Numbered from the stretch's first letter, positions 1 through 9,717 are shown. The stretch is DNA of 14,418 nucleotides from Promethearchaeota archaeon (GCA_018238625.1 JABCSY010000101.1:1-14418); one strand, 5' to 3'. The notes: generated by a model not told the origin, from the sequence alone. Translations and numbers: made by a program.

Positions 1-59
1 GATATTTTGAATCTTTTCAATTAATTAAAACAGAGAAAAATTAATAAAATAAAAGGTTT

Positions 60-1112
60 TTATTTTAAATAGCCATAAGCGCTTTTAAGACGTTTTTCTG
101 CGTCCTCTACGATTTCTTCGACTATTTTCTTAACGCTTTTTAAACTTTTTATGACACCTATGCTCTGACCTAAAAGAACAGCCCCGGAATTAATATCTCC
201 TAAATATGCCGCTTCATATCTCCTTCCTTCTTCTATTATGTCTTCCATCGACATTTCTGCTTCTTCGGCCATTTTGGCTTCCTTATCGGATACAAGGCCA
301 TGGTGCGATGAATATTCGTTTCTCCAAAGCCGTATAGGTCCCAAAGCACCGGTTGCTAAGATTGTGTCTTGAGCTTTAGCTGAGGGGACAACATTTTTGT
401 AGGTTCCATCGAATTCGCTCTCGTTAGAAGCTATAAATCTAGAGCCCATTGCTACGGCTCCAGCCCCCATAGTCAAAGCAGAGGCTAGCCCATTCCCCGT
501 GGCAAAGCCACCACAGGCCACTACTGGTACATCTGGATGTTTTTGGAGAATCTGTTGTAATAATACTAAAGTGCTGACTTTTTCATAAGATTGATGACCT
601 CCACCTTCCCCACCAGAAACTACTAGACCGTCGACATTTGAAGCAACACATTTATCTGCAAGCCATAACGCGGGAGCTACGTGAAAATGTTTGATCTGAG
701 ATCCGCTTTCTTTTAGTCTTTGAAAAGGTTTAGATTGCGGTAGAGTTTTTGAAGAACCGGCGCTAGTAATTGCGTAAACACATTGTTCCCTTAATTTTGG
801 GTTTTTCATAATGAATCTAGGAATATCTTTAACGAGACCTGAAGCAGCCATTTCTCTTCGCGAAGTTCTAATGTTAAAACCAAAAGGCTTATCTGTGTGT
901 TCGACAACATATTCCATATTTTTTTTCATTATGCCGATCGGCTCTTTTCCAGCCTCATAATCTGATATTAAAGCAGTATGGCTTAACACGCCCAGACCGC
1001 CCGCTTCAGATAAGGCAACCGTCAACTCAGTGGTATAGAAGGGGCCCATCGGGGCAGCTATTATTGGATGCTTAATACCAAGCATCTTGGTTATGTTTGT
1101 TTCCAATACCAT
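60..1112 (-). CDS. Nitronate monooxygenase / enoyl-ACP reductase II (FabK-like) FMN-dependent TIM-barrel oxidoreductase
   Basis: 350 aa with family motifs: LGIKHPIIAAPM, VALSEAGGLGVL, KPFGFN, GGEGGGH (catalytic His), PVVACGGFATG, GAGAVAMGSRF and GQSIG. Confidence 0.88.
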   Translation of the reverse strand: MVLETNITKMLGIKHPIIAAPMGPFYTTELTVALSEAGGLGVLSHTALISDYEAGKEPIGIMKKNMEYVVEHTDKPFGFNIRTSRREMAASGLVKDIPRFIMKNPKLREQCVYAITSAGSSKTLPQSKPFQRLKESGSQIKHFHVAPALWLADKCVASNVDGLVVSGGEGGGHQSYEKVSTLVLLQQILQKHPDVPVVACGGFATGNGLASALTMGAGAVAMGSRFIASNESEFDGTYKNVVPSAKAQDTILATGALGPIRLWRNEYSSHHGLVSDKEAKMAEEAEMSMEDIIEEGRRYEAAYLGDINSGAVLLGQSIGVIKSLKSVKKIVEEIVEDAEKRLKSAYGYLK

Positions 1113-1218
1113 TTACATCACTTATTTTAAAATCTGAAATATTTTAATTTATTATTAACCTAAGTTATATATTAATATTCACGAAATTTGGTATGAAATT
1201 AAAGTAAGTGATTTAAAC

Positions 1219-2490
1219 TTGAAAGAAGTGTATTTAATTGATTACGCTCGGTCTGCTTTTTCCCGGTCCAGGCCAAATCAGCCCGAAAGAGATGTGTTTG
1301 GCGAGATTAGGGGAGATGAGTTGCTTGCTGAGTTGTTAATAAAATTTTTTGATGGAAAACTGGCAGATAAAGGAATTGAAAAAAAAGATATGGATGAAGT
1401 ATCAATAGGTGTTGCTGCGGGGGTATTAGAAAATTGGACTTATGGCGGCCGTGGTCCACTTTTTTTAGCAGGATTTCCCTACGAAGTTCCATCGTTCTTC
1501 ATCGATAGGCAATGTGCTTCTGCAGGTTCGGGAATGCACGTGGGAATTATGGAAATTATGACAGGTCATAGCAAAAGCGTATTAGCTACTGGTTTTGAAC
1601 ACATGACGCGCGTTCGCGGGATAGGGATAGATCGTAATTATTCAACAGAAGATAATGAAAGTATGTTTTATAGACCCGATTTAGATCTACAAACGTCATT
1701 TAACATGCTCCAAACAGCTCAAAAACTATACGAACAAGAAGTTCCTACATTTACTAAAGAAGATTTAGATAAGTTTGGCGTAAGAAGCCATAATTTAGCT
1801 GTCAAGAATCACGAAGAAGGGTGGTTTAAAGGTGAGATTATTTCTATTGAAGGGCACGCTCCTGGCAATGTCGAAGAGAAAATGATTATAGATAGAGATA
1901 TGAACGCAAGAAAATCTACGTTAGAAGCGGTATCACAATTACGTCGTATATCGCAACCTTTTTTCTTAGAAAAAAATGGGGGAAAAGAAGGATATATAAA
2001 AAGGGAAGGCACAGATGAAGGCGTTATTACTGCTGGGAATTCTTCGCCCTTAAATGCTGGAGCAACAGCAGCGGTTCTTATGGAGGCTGAAGAGGCTAAG
2101 AAAAAGAGGATAGAACCAATGGCAAAAATTGTATCAATTGGATGGGCTGGCGTTGACCCTACAGTAATGGGGAGAGGGCCAGTTCCAGCAACTCAAAAAG
2201 CGTTAAAATATGCGGGATTGTCTGCTAGTGACATCGACTACTGGGAAATTAACGAGGCGTTTTGCATCGTAGCTTTAAATTGCATGGATAAATTTAATAT
2301 CCCAGAAGAAAAAGTTAACATCATGGGTGGATCTACTGCTATTGGTCATCCACTAGGAGCAACAATGGTACGATTAACAGGAACATTAGCGAGAATTTTA
2401 AAAGACAATAAGGCTAAATTCGGCGTTGCAAATGCATGTGTTGGTGGCGGCCAAGGCGTAGCAACAATAATAGAAAATCTTGATACGTAA
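1219..2490 (+). CDS. Thiolase (acetyl-CoA C-acyltransferase) family protein
   Basis: 423 aa, TTG start. Contains DRQCAS (catalytic Cys), TAGNSSPLNAGA, EINEAF, GHPLGAT and CVGGGQG. Divergent from the FabK-like gene across a 106-bp spacer. Confidence 0.95.
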   Translation: MKEVYLIDYARSAFSRSRPNQPERDVFGEIRGDELLAELLIKFFDGKLADKGIEKKDMDEVSIGVAAGVLENWTYGGRGPLFLAGFPYEVPSFFIDRQCASAGSGMHVGIMEIMTGHSKSVLATGFEHMTRVRGIGIDRNYSTEDNESMFYRPDLDLQTSFNMLQTAQKLYEQEVPTFTKEDLDKFGVRSHNLAVKNHEEGWFKGEIISIEGHAPGNVEEKMIIDRDMNARKSTLEAVSQLRRISQPFFLEKNGGKEGYIKREGTDEGVITAGNSSPLNAGATAAVLMEAEEAKKKRIEPMAKIVSIGWAGVDPTVMGRGPVPATQKALKYAGLSASDIDYWEINEAFCIVALNCMDKFNIPEEKVNIMGGSTAIGHPLGATMVRLTGTLARILKDNKAKFGVANACVGGGQGVATIIENLDT

Positions 2491-2606
2491 ATTAGAAGTC
2501 GATTAATTATCTAAAAAAGTTATAGATTTTTTGTAAACATTAATTCCGTTAAGATGAATTTTTAATACTATCTAATTTAATTATCTTTATTTGTATTTAT
2601 TATTTA

Positions 2607-2954
2607 ATGATTCAAAAAGTTAAAAGGTTAAAAGAGCAACATTTAAAAGATTTAAAAATTGAATTAGAGCGCGTCAAATCTAAATTAATTGAAATGGGCG
2701 CGTTAAAAATAATACTTTTTGGATCTGCTGTAAGAGGAGAATTAGATATAACAAGTGATATTGATTTAATTGTTGTAATAGAATCAAAAAAAGAATTTAT
2801 AGAAAGATTAGCAGACTATTATAAAGAAATCCAACCCAAAGAAATCGATTTATTAATATATAACCCTAAAGAATTTAAGCGTATGAAAATTGAAAATTTA
2901 TTTATACAACATGTTTTAAAGAAAGGTGAAATCATATATGAGCGAAAAAAGTAA
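2607..2954 (+). CDS. Minimal nucleotidyltransferase (MNT), antitoxin-like partner of HEPN
   Basis: 115 aa with IILFGSAVRGE...SDIDLIVV (Pol-beta GS + DxD), a third Asp in IDLLIY and a C-terminal G-x-x-IYE. Confidence 0.9.
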   Translation: MIQKVKRLKEQHLKDLKIELERVKSKLIEMGALKIILFGSAVRGELDITSDIDLIVVIESKKEFIERLADYYKEIQPKEIDLLIYNPKEFKRMKIENLFIQHVLKKGEIIYERKK

Positions 2955-3369
2955 ATATACTAAGGAAGCAAGGAGATGGTTTGAACAAGCATGTGAAGAT
3001 TTAATAAGTACTAGAATATTGTATAATAATCAAAGGTATTATTTAGTCTGTTTTATGTCTCAACAGGTCGCCGAGAAAGCTTTAAAGGCTGTAATTTACT
3101 ATAATAAAGAAGCTTTAGTTTTAGGCCATTCTGTTAAGAAACTATCTGATTGGGCTGGAAAATTTGATACAAAATTTATAAATTTAGGAAAAAATATTTC
3201 AATTTTAGACTCTTATTATATTCCTGCTAGATATCCAAATGGATTACCAGAGGGTATCCCAGCTGAGATATTTAATGAAAGAGCGGCTAAAAGTGCTCTT
3301 GATTTAGCAGAAGAAACAATTCAAATAGTAAGAGATTATCTACATTTTAAAGAACCAATAAAAAGATAA
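2938..3369 (+). CDS. HEPN domain protein
   Basis: Motifs W...A.EDL, CFMSQQVAEKALKA, GHS and YIPARYP are typical of MNT-associated HEPN. The ATG at 2938 overlaps the MNT end by 17 nt and is preferred over the GTG at 2926. Confidence 0.88.
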   Translation: MSEKSKYTKEARRWFEQACEDLISTRILYNNQRYYLVCFMSQQVAEKALKAVIYYNKEALVLGHSVKKLSDWAGKFDTKFINLGKNISILDSYYIPARYPNGLPEGIPAEIFNERAAKSALDLAEETIQIVRDYLHFKEPIKR

Positions 3370-3411
3370 AATTATAACTTAATTTTACTAATCGTGAAAA
3401 AAATGAAGATA

Positions 3412-5913
3412 TTAAATTTTATGAGATTCTCGAGCGATTATTTCGTCTTGTAATTCTTTCCCTATAGCATTGAAGTAAGCGTTATAACCTGTAATACGAA
3501 CTAATAGATTAGGGTACTTCTCTGGATGTTCTTGAGCGTCTTTAAGCATTTCTACGTCGAGCATGTTTATTTGCAAGCATGTACCACCATTTTCAACATA
3601 TCCTCTCAAGTAAGATTTAAACTTATCTTTGTGTTCTGGGTCCTTAAGTATCGAAGGATTGAATGTAATCGTATGACTACTTCCGTTAGGTAGGTAATTA
3701 ACATAACCTCCGTCTTCCGTTTTTCCTCCCAAAACCACGCCTACAGAATTTGTTACGGCGGTTGGCCCTTTAAGATCTGCTCCATTTGAAGGACAGATTG
3801 CGTTAGATAAAAATGTCGCCTTATTTCGGCCGTTTGGAGTAGCAACTGTAAAACCAGCGTCAGCACCTGCCCAATAATTCCATGATAACATACCAGGCCG
3901 GAACTGAAAATCTGTAGGCGTCTTATATTTCCACGTTTCGTCAGACCATACTTTCATAACCTTCCTAGCTAGCTCGTCAGCATCGTCAACATCATTTCCG
4001 TATTTAGGTGCTCTATTTTTTAACATCGTTTGGATAACAGCAAATTCTTCCCCCTCGAAATCGTTAATGAGAGCATCTTTAATCTGGGTAATGGTGTATT
4101 TTTTGTCATCGTAAACAAATTTCTTAATTGCCAGTAAGGAATCGACAGTTGTTGCGAAGCCGACACCCTCAACGGTTATAAATCTTAATTCAGGGCCGCC
4201 TCTTCTAATATCCAATCCTTTATTAATACAACCACGAACTATAGTAGATAAATACGGAGTGGGCATGAATTCTGCTCTAAGTTCTTCGGTTATATTATAT
4301 ATATCTACTGTGTATTTAATGAGATATTTTACTTGTTTTTTCCACGCATTCCAAAATTCATCCCAAGTTTTGAAACTTTCAGAACTTCCAGTTTTAGGCC
4401 CAATTTGTTCGCCCTTCTTGGTAGCGACATCATTTCCTGGCATATTCTTTCCATTCCAAAGAGTTAATTCAATGCTTTTCGTTAAATTTGGATTGCAATT
4501 TACGGTGCCTGAACGATCGTTTCCTTGCATAGTATTTTCTAAGCACCCAACACAAGCGTAATCCCAAGCATCTTCGAGCGAAATTCCTTCCGTTATCATT
4601 CCAGCGATGCTTCTTTCATCGAAATTAATAAGGAAGGGAGCACCCTGCGAGCGAGATACTATATCAACTATTATATTTAATAACTTCTCGGGTGAATTTC
4701 GATGCAGCCGAATATTAGGTTTTGGTTCTAAAATAGGGGACCATTCGTCAACGATTTCTAAGATAGTATATGTTAATTCGTTGGTTAAATCTTCCCCGTT
4801 AGGTCCGCACCCACTAAGCGTCATCAATTGTCCGAACGCCGAAGTAATACCTTGCTTTCCTACCATTATTTGTGCGTCATACGCGGTATTACAATGAAAC
4901 CAGAAACTTCCTAAAATGTCTTTCGCAAACTCCTTTGAGATAGTTTTCTCATCAATAACATCTTTTTTATACAAATGCCAAAGATGCAGATCTGTCCGAC
5001 CAAAAGAGGTACCTGGCCCAGGATATGATTCTTCCGCCATGATTAACATATGGGTTAACCAAATTGCCTGAACCCCCTGCCAAAAGGTTTCTGCGGGTTC
5101 CCAAGGGACTATTTCGAGATTTTTTGCCATTTGTTCAAGCTCTTCTGCCCTCTCTGACGATGACGCAGTTTCTTTAAGCCTCCTACACTCTTCAGCATAT
5201 TTTTTCGCTAATTTCTTTGGAATTTTTGCTGCTTTCATCATTGCCCGTAATTCTTGGCCTTTAGGACCCTTTTTCTCCCGATCGTTTAATTGGCTATATT
5301 GTGCTTCTGCTTTTTCGTATATGTACTTGAAGCCCTTTTTAATTATTGTTTCGTGATCTGGAATGAGATGGCCTGATGTAGCGCCTGCATTTCCAAATCC
5401 AGACTTATGATATTTGTAAAATTTATGTCGAATACTCAAATTCTCTTTCCAGTATCGTTTTGTTTCTTTTTTAGTTAAACAATCACTTAATTGTGTGTTA
5501 AATCTACCACCCGCAATTAGATCATTTTCAGAAATAATTTCTTGAGGGATGTAATTAAGCATAACCTCTTCAAAAAAATCTATTCTGCGTTCGGGTAAAG
5601 ATAAAGCCCAGAAATTCTCCGTTAATTTTACAGGAATTGCCATGGATCTTAAAGACCCCTCAAAAACTCCCTTTCCCTTATTACCTATATAAAAATGCAC
5701 CTCTGGGGCGATATAATATTCAGTTTCGCTCCATATTATATCCCAATCAGTTCCAGTAGTAAACGGCATGTATTGATTGTTCCATTCACGTTTAACTCCC
5801 TTAAAGTAATAATCTCTTAGCCATTTCGACCTTGGAGATAAATCATGAGGTTCAGCTATATGATACTTTGGTACTTCTTTCCTAACTTCGGATTTATTAT
5901 CTAAATCACTCAT
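3412..5913 (-). CDS. Glycyl radical enzyme (PFL superfamily, PflD/PFL2-like; substrate unknown)
   Basis: 833 aa. C-terminal glycyl-radical loop LLVRITGYNAYF, Cys loop YACVGCLE (not the CC pair of true PFL), plus SFGRxD, PKYGND, ATPNGR and LQINM. Confidence 0.93.
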   Translation of the reverse strand: MSDLDNKSEVRKEVPKYHIAEPHDLSPRSKWLRDYYFKGVKREWNNQYMPFTTGTDWDIIWSETEYYIAPEVHFYIGNKGKGVFEGSLRSMAIPVKLTENFWALSLPERRIDFFEEVMLNYIPQEIISENDLIAGGRFNTQLSDCLTKKETKRYWKENLSIRHKFYKYHKSGFGNAGATSGHLIPDHETIIKKGFKYIYEKAEAQYSQLNDREKKGPKGQELRAMMKAAKIPKKLAKKYAEECRRLKETASSSERAEELEQMAKNLEIVPWEPAETFWQGVQAIWLTHMLIMAEESYPGPGTSFGRTDLHLWHLYKKDVIDEKTISKEFAKDILGSFWFHCNTAYDAQIMVGKQGITSAFGQLMTLSGCGPNGEDLTNELTYTILEIVDEWSPILEPKPNIRLHRNSPEKLLNIIVDIVSRSQGAPFLINFDERSIAGMITEGISLEDAWDYACVGCLENTMQGNDRSGTVNCNPNLTKSIELTLWNGKNMPGNDVATKKGEQIGPKTGSSESFKTWDEFWNAWKKQVKYLIKYTVDIYNITEELRAEFMPTPYLSTIVRGCINKGLDIRRGGPELRFITVEGVGFATTVDSLLAIKKFVYDDKKYTITQIKDALINDFEGEEFAVIQTMLKNRAPKYGNDVDDADELARKVMKVWSDETWKYKTPTDFQFRPGMLSWNYWAGADAGFTVATPNGRNKATFLSNAICPSNGADLKGPTAVTNSVGVVLGGKTEDGGYVNYLPNGSSHTITFNPSILKDPEHKDKFKSYLRGYVENGGTCLQINMLDVEMLKDAQEHPEKYPNLLVRITGYNAYFNAIGKELQDEIIARESHKI

Positions 5914-6050
5914 TTTTGATGGCTCCTTAAAATTTTAAATAATAAAAAATTGTACAGATTAACTTTTTAGTACCTAAATATTCCTATTTAAAGATAATTC
6001 AAACTCAATTATAAATTTTCAAGTTATTTCCTATAAGAATACATTTTTTC

Positions 6051-6795
6051 TTATTTTCTTCCAAAAATAATTCCTAGATTTTTCATTTCCACACGCGCGA
6101 AGCTAGGCAATTTTATCTCTTTTAAAGTATTAAAATAATTCACTTCCTCAACCCCAAATTCCCGAATCTTTTCTTTTAATGTATGTATTTATTTTTTCAT
6201 TTTTTATCATATCTTGAATAGAAAAAACGCCTCCTTTTTTTAAAACGCGCAATGCTTCTTTAAATAATATACTTTTATCTCCTACAAATAATATTTCATG
6301 GAATACAATATTGCTTACAATTGCATCAAACTCACCATCGTTAAAAGGTAGATGCAAGGCACTTGCTTTTTGAAATTTAGTACGATCCATAACACCCTCA
6401 ATTTTAGCATTTTTTTCACATGTTTTAAGAGAATTTTTCCATAGTTTGCTCCAAATATCAATCCCCCATGCTTCTGTGTTAGGATTAATTTTTGCTAACT
6501 GTATTGCAAGATAACCATTTCCTGTTCCAATATCAAGTACTTTTCCTTTACCATTCCATGGAAGATTTTGCAAAACGATATTTCGTAATTTATTTTACAT
6601 TTCTCCATTATTATGAGCAAATATACGATATAAATAGGTTAGAAATAATAACCCTACAATACAAAGACAATCAAGAATCCATAATATAATTTTAAAAATT
6701 AATAACATTGGAATAATTGATAGTGTACTTATAAATAAAGCGTATATAATCTTTTTAGGTACCCAGTTTCCATAACAAATTGAATTATTAGTCAT
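6051..6795 (-). pseudogene. Disrupted membrane-anchored class I SAM-dependent methyltransferase
   Basis: ORFs 6595-6795 and 6148-6573 are in the same frame and read ...NNGEM*NKLRNIVLQNLPWNGKGKVLDIGTGNG across an in-frame TAA at 6595-6597. A frameshift near 6185-6205 hides a plausible C-terminus in another frame (...LKEKIREFGVEEVNYFNTLKEIKLPSFARVEMKNLGIIFGRK*, stop at 6051-6053). Confidence 0.82.
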
Positions 6796-7146
6796 TTCTT
6801 ATATTCTTTTTTAATTAAATTTGTTAATTATGATTGAGAGATTTATTTTTGAAAACTTTTAATTAAATAGAACACATTTTTATTTTTAAATTTTAGTTAT
6901 ACCTAATTGAAAAAAAAAGAATTTTACTTATACATCATATTTAGAATTTTTTTAGAAATCCTTATTATTATTTAAAGAGATTTAAGCTTTTATTTCCTTT
7001 AATATTGAAAAAATGAAGGAACAACAAAAACAATATTTATCTTTTAATAAATCTCTATATTGCTATAATTATGAAAATTCTATGATGACTTTAACACTTA
7101 CTTAAATAAAATAGAAGAGAAATAAAAAAAAATTATTATGTAATAA

Positions 7147-8532
7147 TTATCTTGCTTTCAATTGGTTTTTTAAATTTTCTAATTGTTCTCCATGCAAATC
7201 ATAAGATCTCATAAAAAAGAACGCAATTAACAGCGCTATTGATGGAAAAACACACATAAGCAGTCTCAAACCGATAACTACATCTATTCCAGGATTAGGT
7301 ACATATCCACCAGACCAACTCGTTTCTGAAAATACAATTGCAACAGTTGAAATAAAAAATATTATTGAAAATCTATGAATAAAAGCGTTAGTGCCATAAA
7401 AACTAGCAGATCTTTTAACTCCGGTCTTTAATTCGTCTTGGTCAATTATGTTTCCCATTAAAATATCAAAATAGAACATAATTCCCGAGATTCCGAATCC
7501 AACTAATGCTGAGGTAACCATTCCTAAAATTATACTAATAGAATCTGTTGAAAGAAATAAGTACGGAATCAAAGTAAATATCATTACAATCATAGTAATC
7601 ATGAAACCTTTTCGCATTCCATATTTAAAACCCATCCATTTATGTATTGGCATAAAAGCTGCAGCAAAAATAAACGTTAACATTAATGATATCCCTACAT
7701 ACCAAAAAGCTGAAATTCCAAAAACGTAAGCGGAATATAAGGGAAACATCGCAGGTAACATATTTAAAACGTACCAAGTGCACATGTTGGCAAAAACTAA
7801 CTTAAGAAAAGTCTTGTTTTTAAAAGACATTTTTAGAGAATCAAATAATTTTGGTCGCTTTTCAAATTGCTCTCGTAATTCTTCTTTTTCCTTAATACCG
7901 AATAAAATAAATAAAAGACCAATTACTCCTACTATAATTGCAACGTAAATTCCTGCAGTAATATAGTACGATTGAATCTGAGCTATTTCTATTGGGTCAG
8001 GTGGAAAAATAGTTGGAACTGTTTTAGCAATGAATAAGGTTGGCACAAGATTTGTAAATAAGATAGCAAAAATTGTCAAAATTCTTAATACCATATTAAC
8101 GCTAGCTCTTTGCTTATCGTTTACCCACATCTCAGGAAATAAACTTTTTACGTTTACATCAAAGAGGGTATATACTAGTTCAAAAGTTATTATAATAAGA
8201 AGGAAGTAAGCAAATTCAATTCCAGCAGGGACCGTAAATAAAAAAATCATCATAAGACATAAAGGTACAAAAGAAATAGCGATAAAGAACCTTCGTTTCC
8301 CTAACTTACCATACTTTTTTCGGTCAGATAAAGCGCCTAATATCGGATCGTTAAAAGCATTCCATATAGCCCATATAATATAAGCTATCCACATCAACCA
8401 AAGATCAAGACCTATAACTGCGAAATAATACGTGAAAACTAATAGCTGGAAGAATTGATAAGTCATTTGATCTGGAAATCCGTTTAATCCGAAGAAAAAT
8501 TTTTCTCGAAAACTAATCTTATCTTCACTCAT
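7147..8532 (-). CDS. MFS transporter, GPH (glycoside-pentoside-hexuronide:cation symporter, MelB-like) family
   Basis: 461 aa with about 12 hydrophobic segments. WNAFNDPILGALSDR...GKRR and IIDQDELKTGVKRSASFYG match GPH signatures. Confidence 0.88.
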   Translation of the reverse strand: MSEDKISFREKFFFGLNGFPDQMTYQFFQLLVFTYYFAVIGLDLWLMWIAYIIWAIWNAFNDPILGALSDRKKYGKLGKRRFFIAISFVPLCLMMIFLFTVPAGIEFAYFLLIIITFELVYTLFDVNVKSLFPEMWVNDKQRASVNMVLRILTIFAILFTNLVPTLFIAKTVPTIFPPDPIEIAQIQSYYITAGIYVAIIVGVIGLLFILFGIKEKEELREQFEKRPKLFDSLKMSFKNKTFLKLVFANMCTWYVLNMLPAMFPLYSAYVFGISAFWYVGISLMLTFIFAAAFMPIHKWMGFKYGMRKGFMITMIVMIFTLIPYLFLSTDSISIILGMVTSALVGFGISGIMFYFDILMGNIIDQDELKTGVKRSASFYGTNAFIHRFSIIFFISTVAIVFSETSWSGGYVPNPGIDVVIGLRLLMCVFPSIALLIAFFFMRSYDLHGEQLENLKNQLKAR

Positions 8533-8765
8533 TTTAACTCAAATTATAAATTAATTATTTAGAATTAACGATTTATTTGATTAAAAATCTAGTAATTTCA
8601 ATAAAATTATTAATTTATTTTACATTAATATCGTTAAGACTCCAAAAGAATGTAATATTTATTTTAAATTTAAAATTGAAATTATCTGTTTTTATATAAA
8701 ATAGAAAAAAGTTTTAATTAAATTACAAACCATTAAAATATAAGAAAGGTATAAGGTTTTGTCTT

Positions 8766-9710
8766 ATGGAATTAAAAGAGTACAAATGTGAAGTTTTGAT
8801 AATAGGTGCCGGTCCAGCGGGACTAAGTGCGGGAGTTTATTGTGGTAGAGCAAACAGAAGCACTATTATATTAGACGGAAAAGAGCCTTCTGCTTTAGAG
8901 AGAACGAAGGAGATACAAAATTGGTTGGGAGAGGCAGCTATTGGAGGATTAGAACTTCTAAAAAAGTTTAAGAAACACGCTGAAAGCTTCGATAATGTCG
9001 ATATTATAAAAGGAGACGTCATCGCATTAATGTTAGGTATGGGCATGAATATGGTCTCAACAAGAAATGCAAATATTACTGCTGATGTTGTATTAATCGC
9101 TACTGGCACGGGAGTAAGGAAGGAAGTAATTAAAGGAGAAAGCGGATTAACTGGTTTTGGCGTGTCTTATTGTGCTTTGTGTGATGGTCCATTATTTAAA
9201 GAGAGAACCGTCTATTTATACGGTTCGGACGAAGAAGTTTTGGAAGACGCGCTTGCTCTTGATCAAATGGGTTGTATAACACATGTCATTACTAACGTAG
9301 GATTTAACGATTTACCTGAATTAGCTTCTGAAGTTAAAGAAAAAGGAATCGAAATTATTGACAATATGGAAATCGTTGAAGCTATCTCGGATTCTGATGG
9401 TCTGATCCAGAAAATTTTATGCAAAACAACAAAAACAGAGCAAGAAGACCAAGAAATACAAGAATACGAATTAGCTTGTCTATTCATCTTATCTCACATA
9501 CCTTCTAATTCGATATTCAAAAAAGCGGGAGTAGAATTGGACGAAAATGGTAATGTCGCTGCTGACGAGAATCAACAAACAAACATTCAAGGAGTATATG
9601 CGGCCGGAGATGTAACTGGAGGTTTATTTCAAGTAGTTTTTGCGGCGGCAGAAGGCGCGCGTGCAGGGATAAACGCTTGTAAATACCTACGAAAAACAAA
9701 GAAAGAATAA
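8766..9710 (+). CDS. trxB: Thioredoxin reductase-like FAD-dependent disulfide oxidoreductase
   Basis: 314 aa with IIGAGPAG (FAD), IATG, GVSYCALCDG (redox CxxC) and TNIQGVYAAGD. The NADPH-binding motifs are degenerate. Confidence 0.85.
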   Translation: MELKEYKCEVLIIGAGPAGLSAGVYCGRANRSTIILDGKEPSALERTKEIQNWLGEAAIGGLELLKKFKKHAESFDNVDIIKGDVIALMLGMGMNMVSTRNANITADVVLIATGTGVRKEVIKGESGLTGFGVSYCALCDGPLFKERTVYLYGSDEEVLEDALALDQMGCITHVITNVGFNDLPELASEVKEKGIEIIDNMEIVEAISDSDGLIQKILCKTTKTEQEDQEIQEYELACLFILSHIPSNSIFKKAGVELDENGNVAADENQQTNIQGVYAAGDVTGGLFQVVFAAAEGARAGINACKYLRKTKKE

Positions 9711-9717
9711 AATTTCA
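9585..9717 (+). repeat. Direct repeat copy 1: last 41 codons, stop and 7 nt of the trxB-like gene (putative attL)
   Basis: Hand alignment gives 127/133 identity to 12924-13056. Positions 9634-9710 give 69/77 identity to 10437-10513. Confidence 0.95.

Noticed and set aside
6595-6597. In-frame stop as selenocysteine/pyrrolysine or an alternative genetic code
   Set aside because: The codon is TAA, it is used as a true stop throughout the window, and the gene has a second lesion.
6796-7146. Long AT-rich intergenic regions (also 8533-8765 and 12570-12917) as possible ncRNA or tRNA loci
   Set aside because: No GC-rich stems, cloverleaf or repeat structure visible. They are consistent with promoter/terminator DNA.
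1307-9487. Short ORFs 1307-1492, 1809-2012, 4259-4561, 4607-4897, 6492-6689, 8837-9109 and 9263-9487
   Set aside because: They lie antisense within well-supported genes and have no recognisable motifs.
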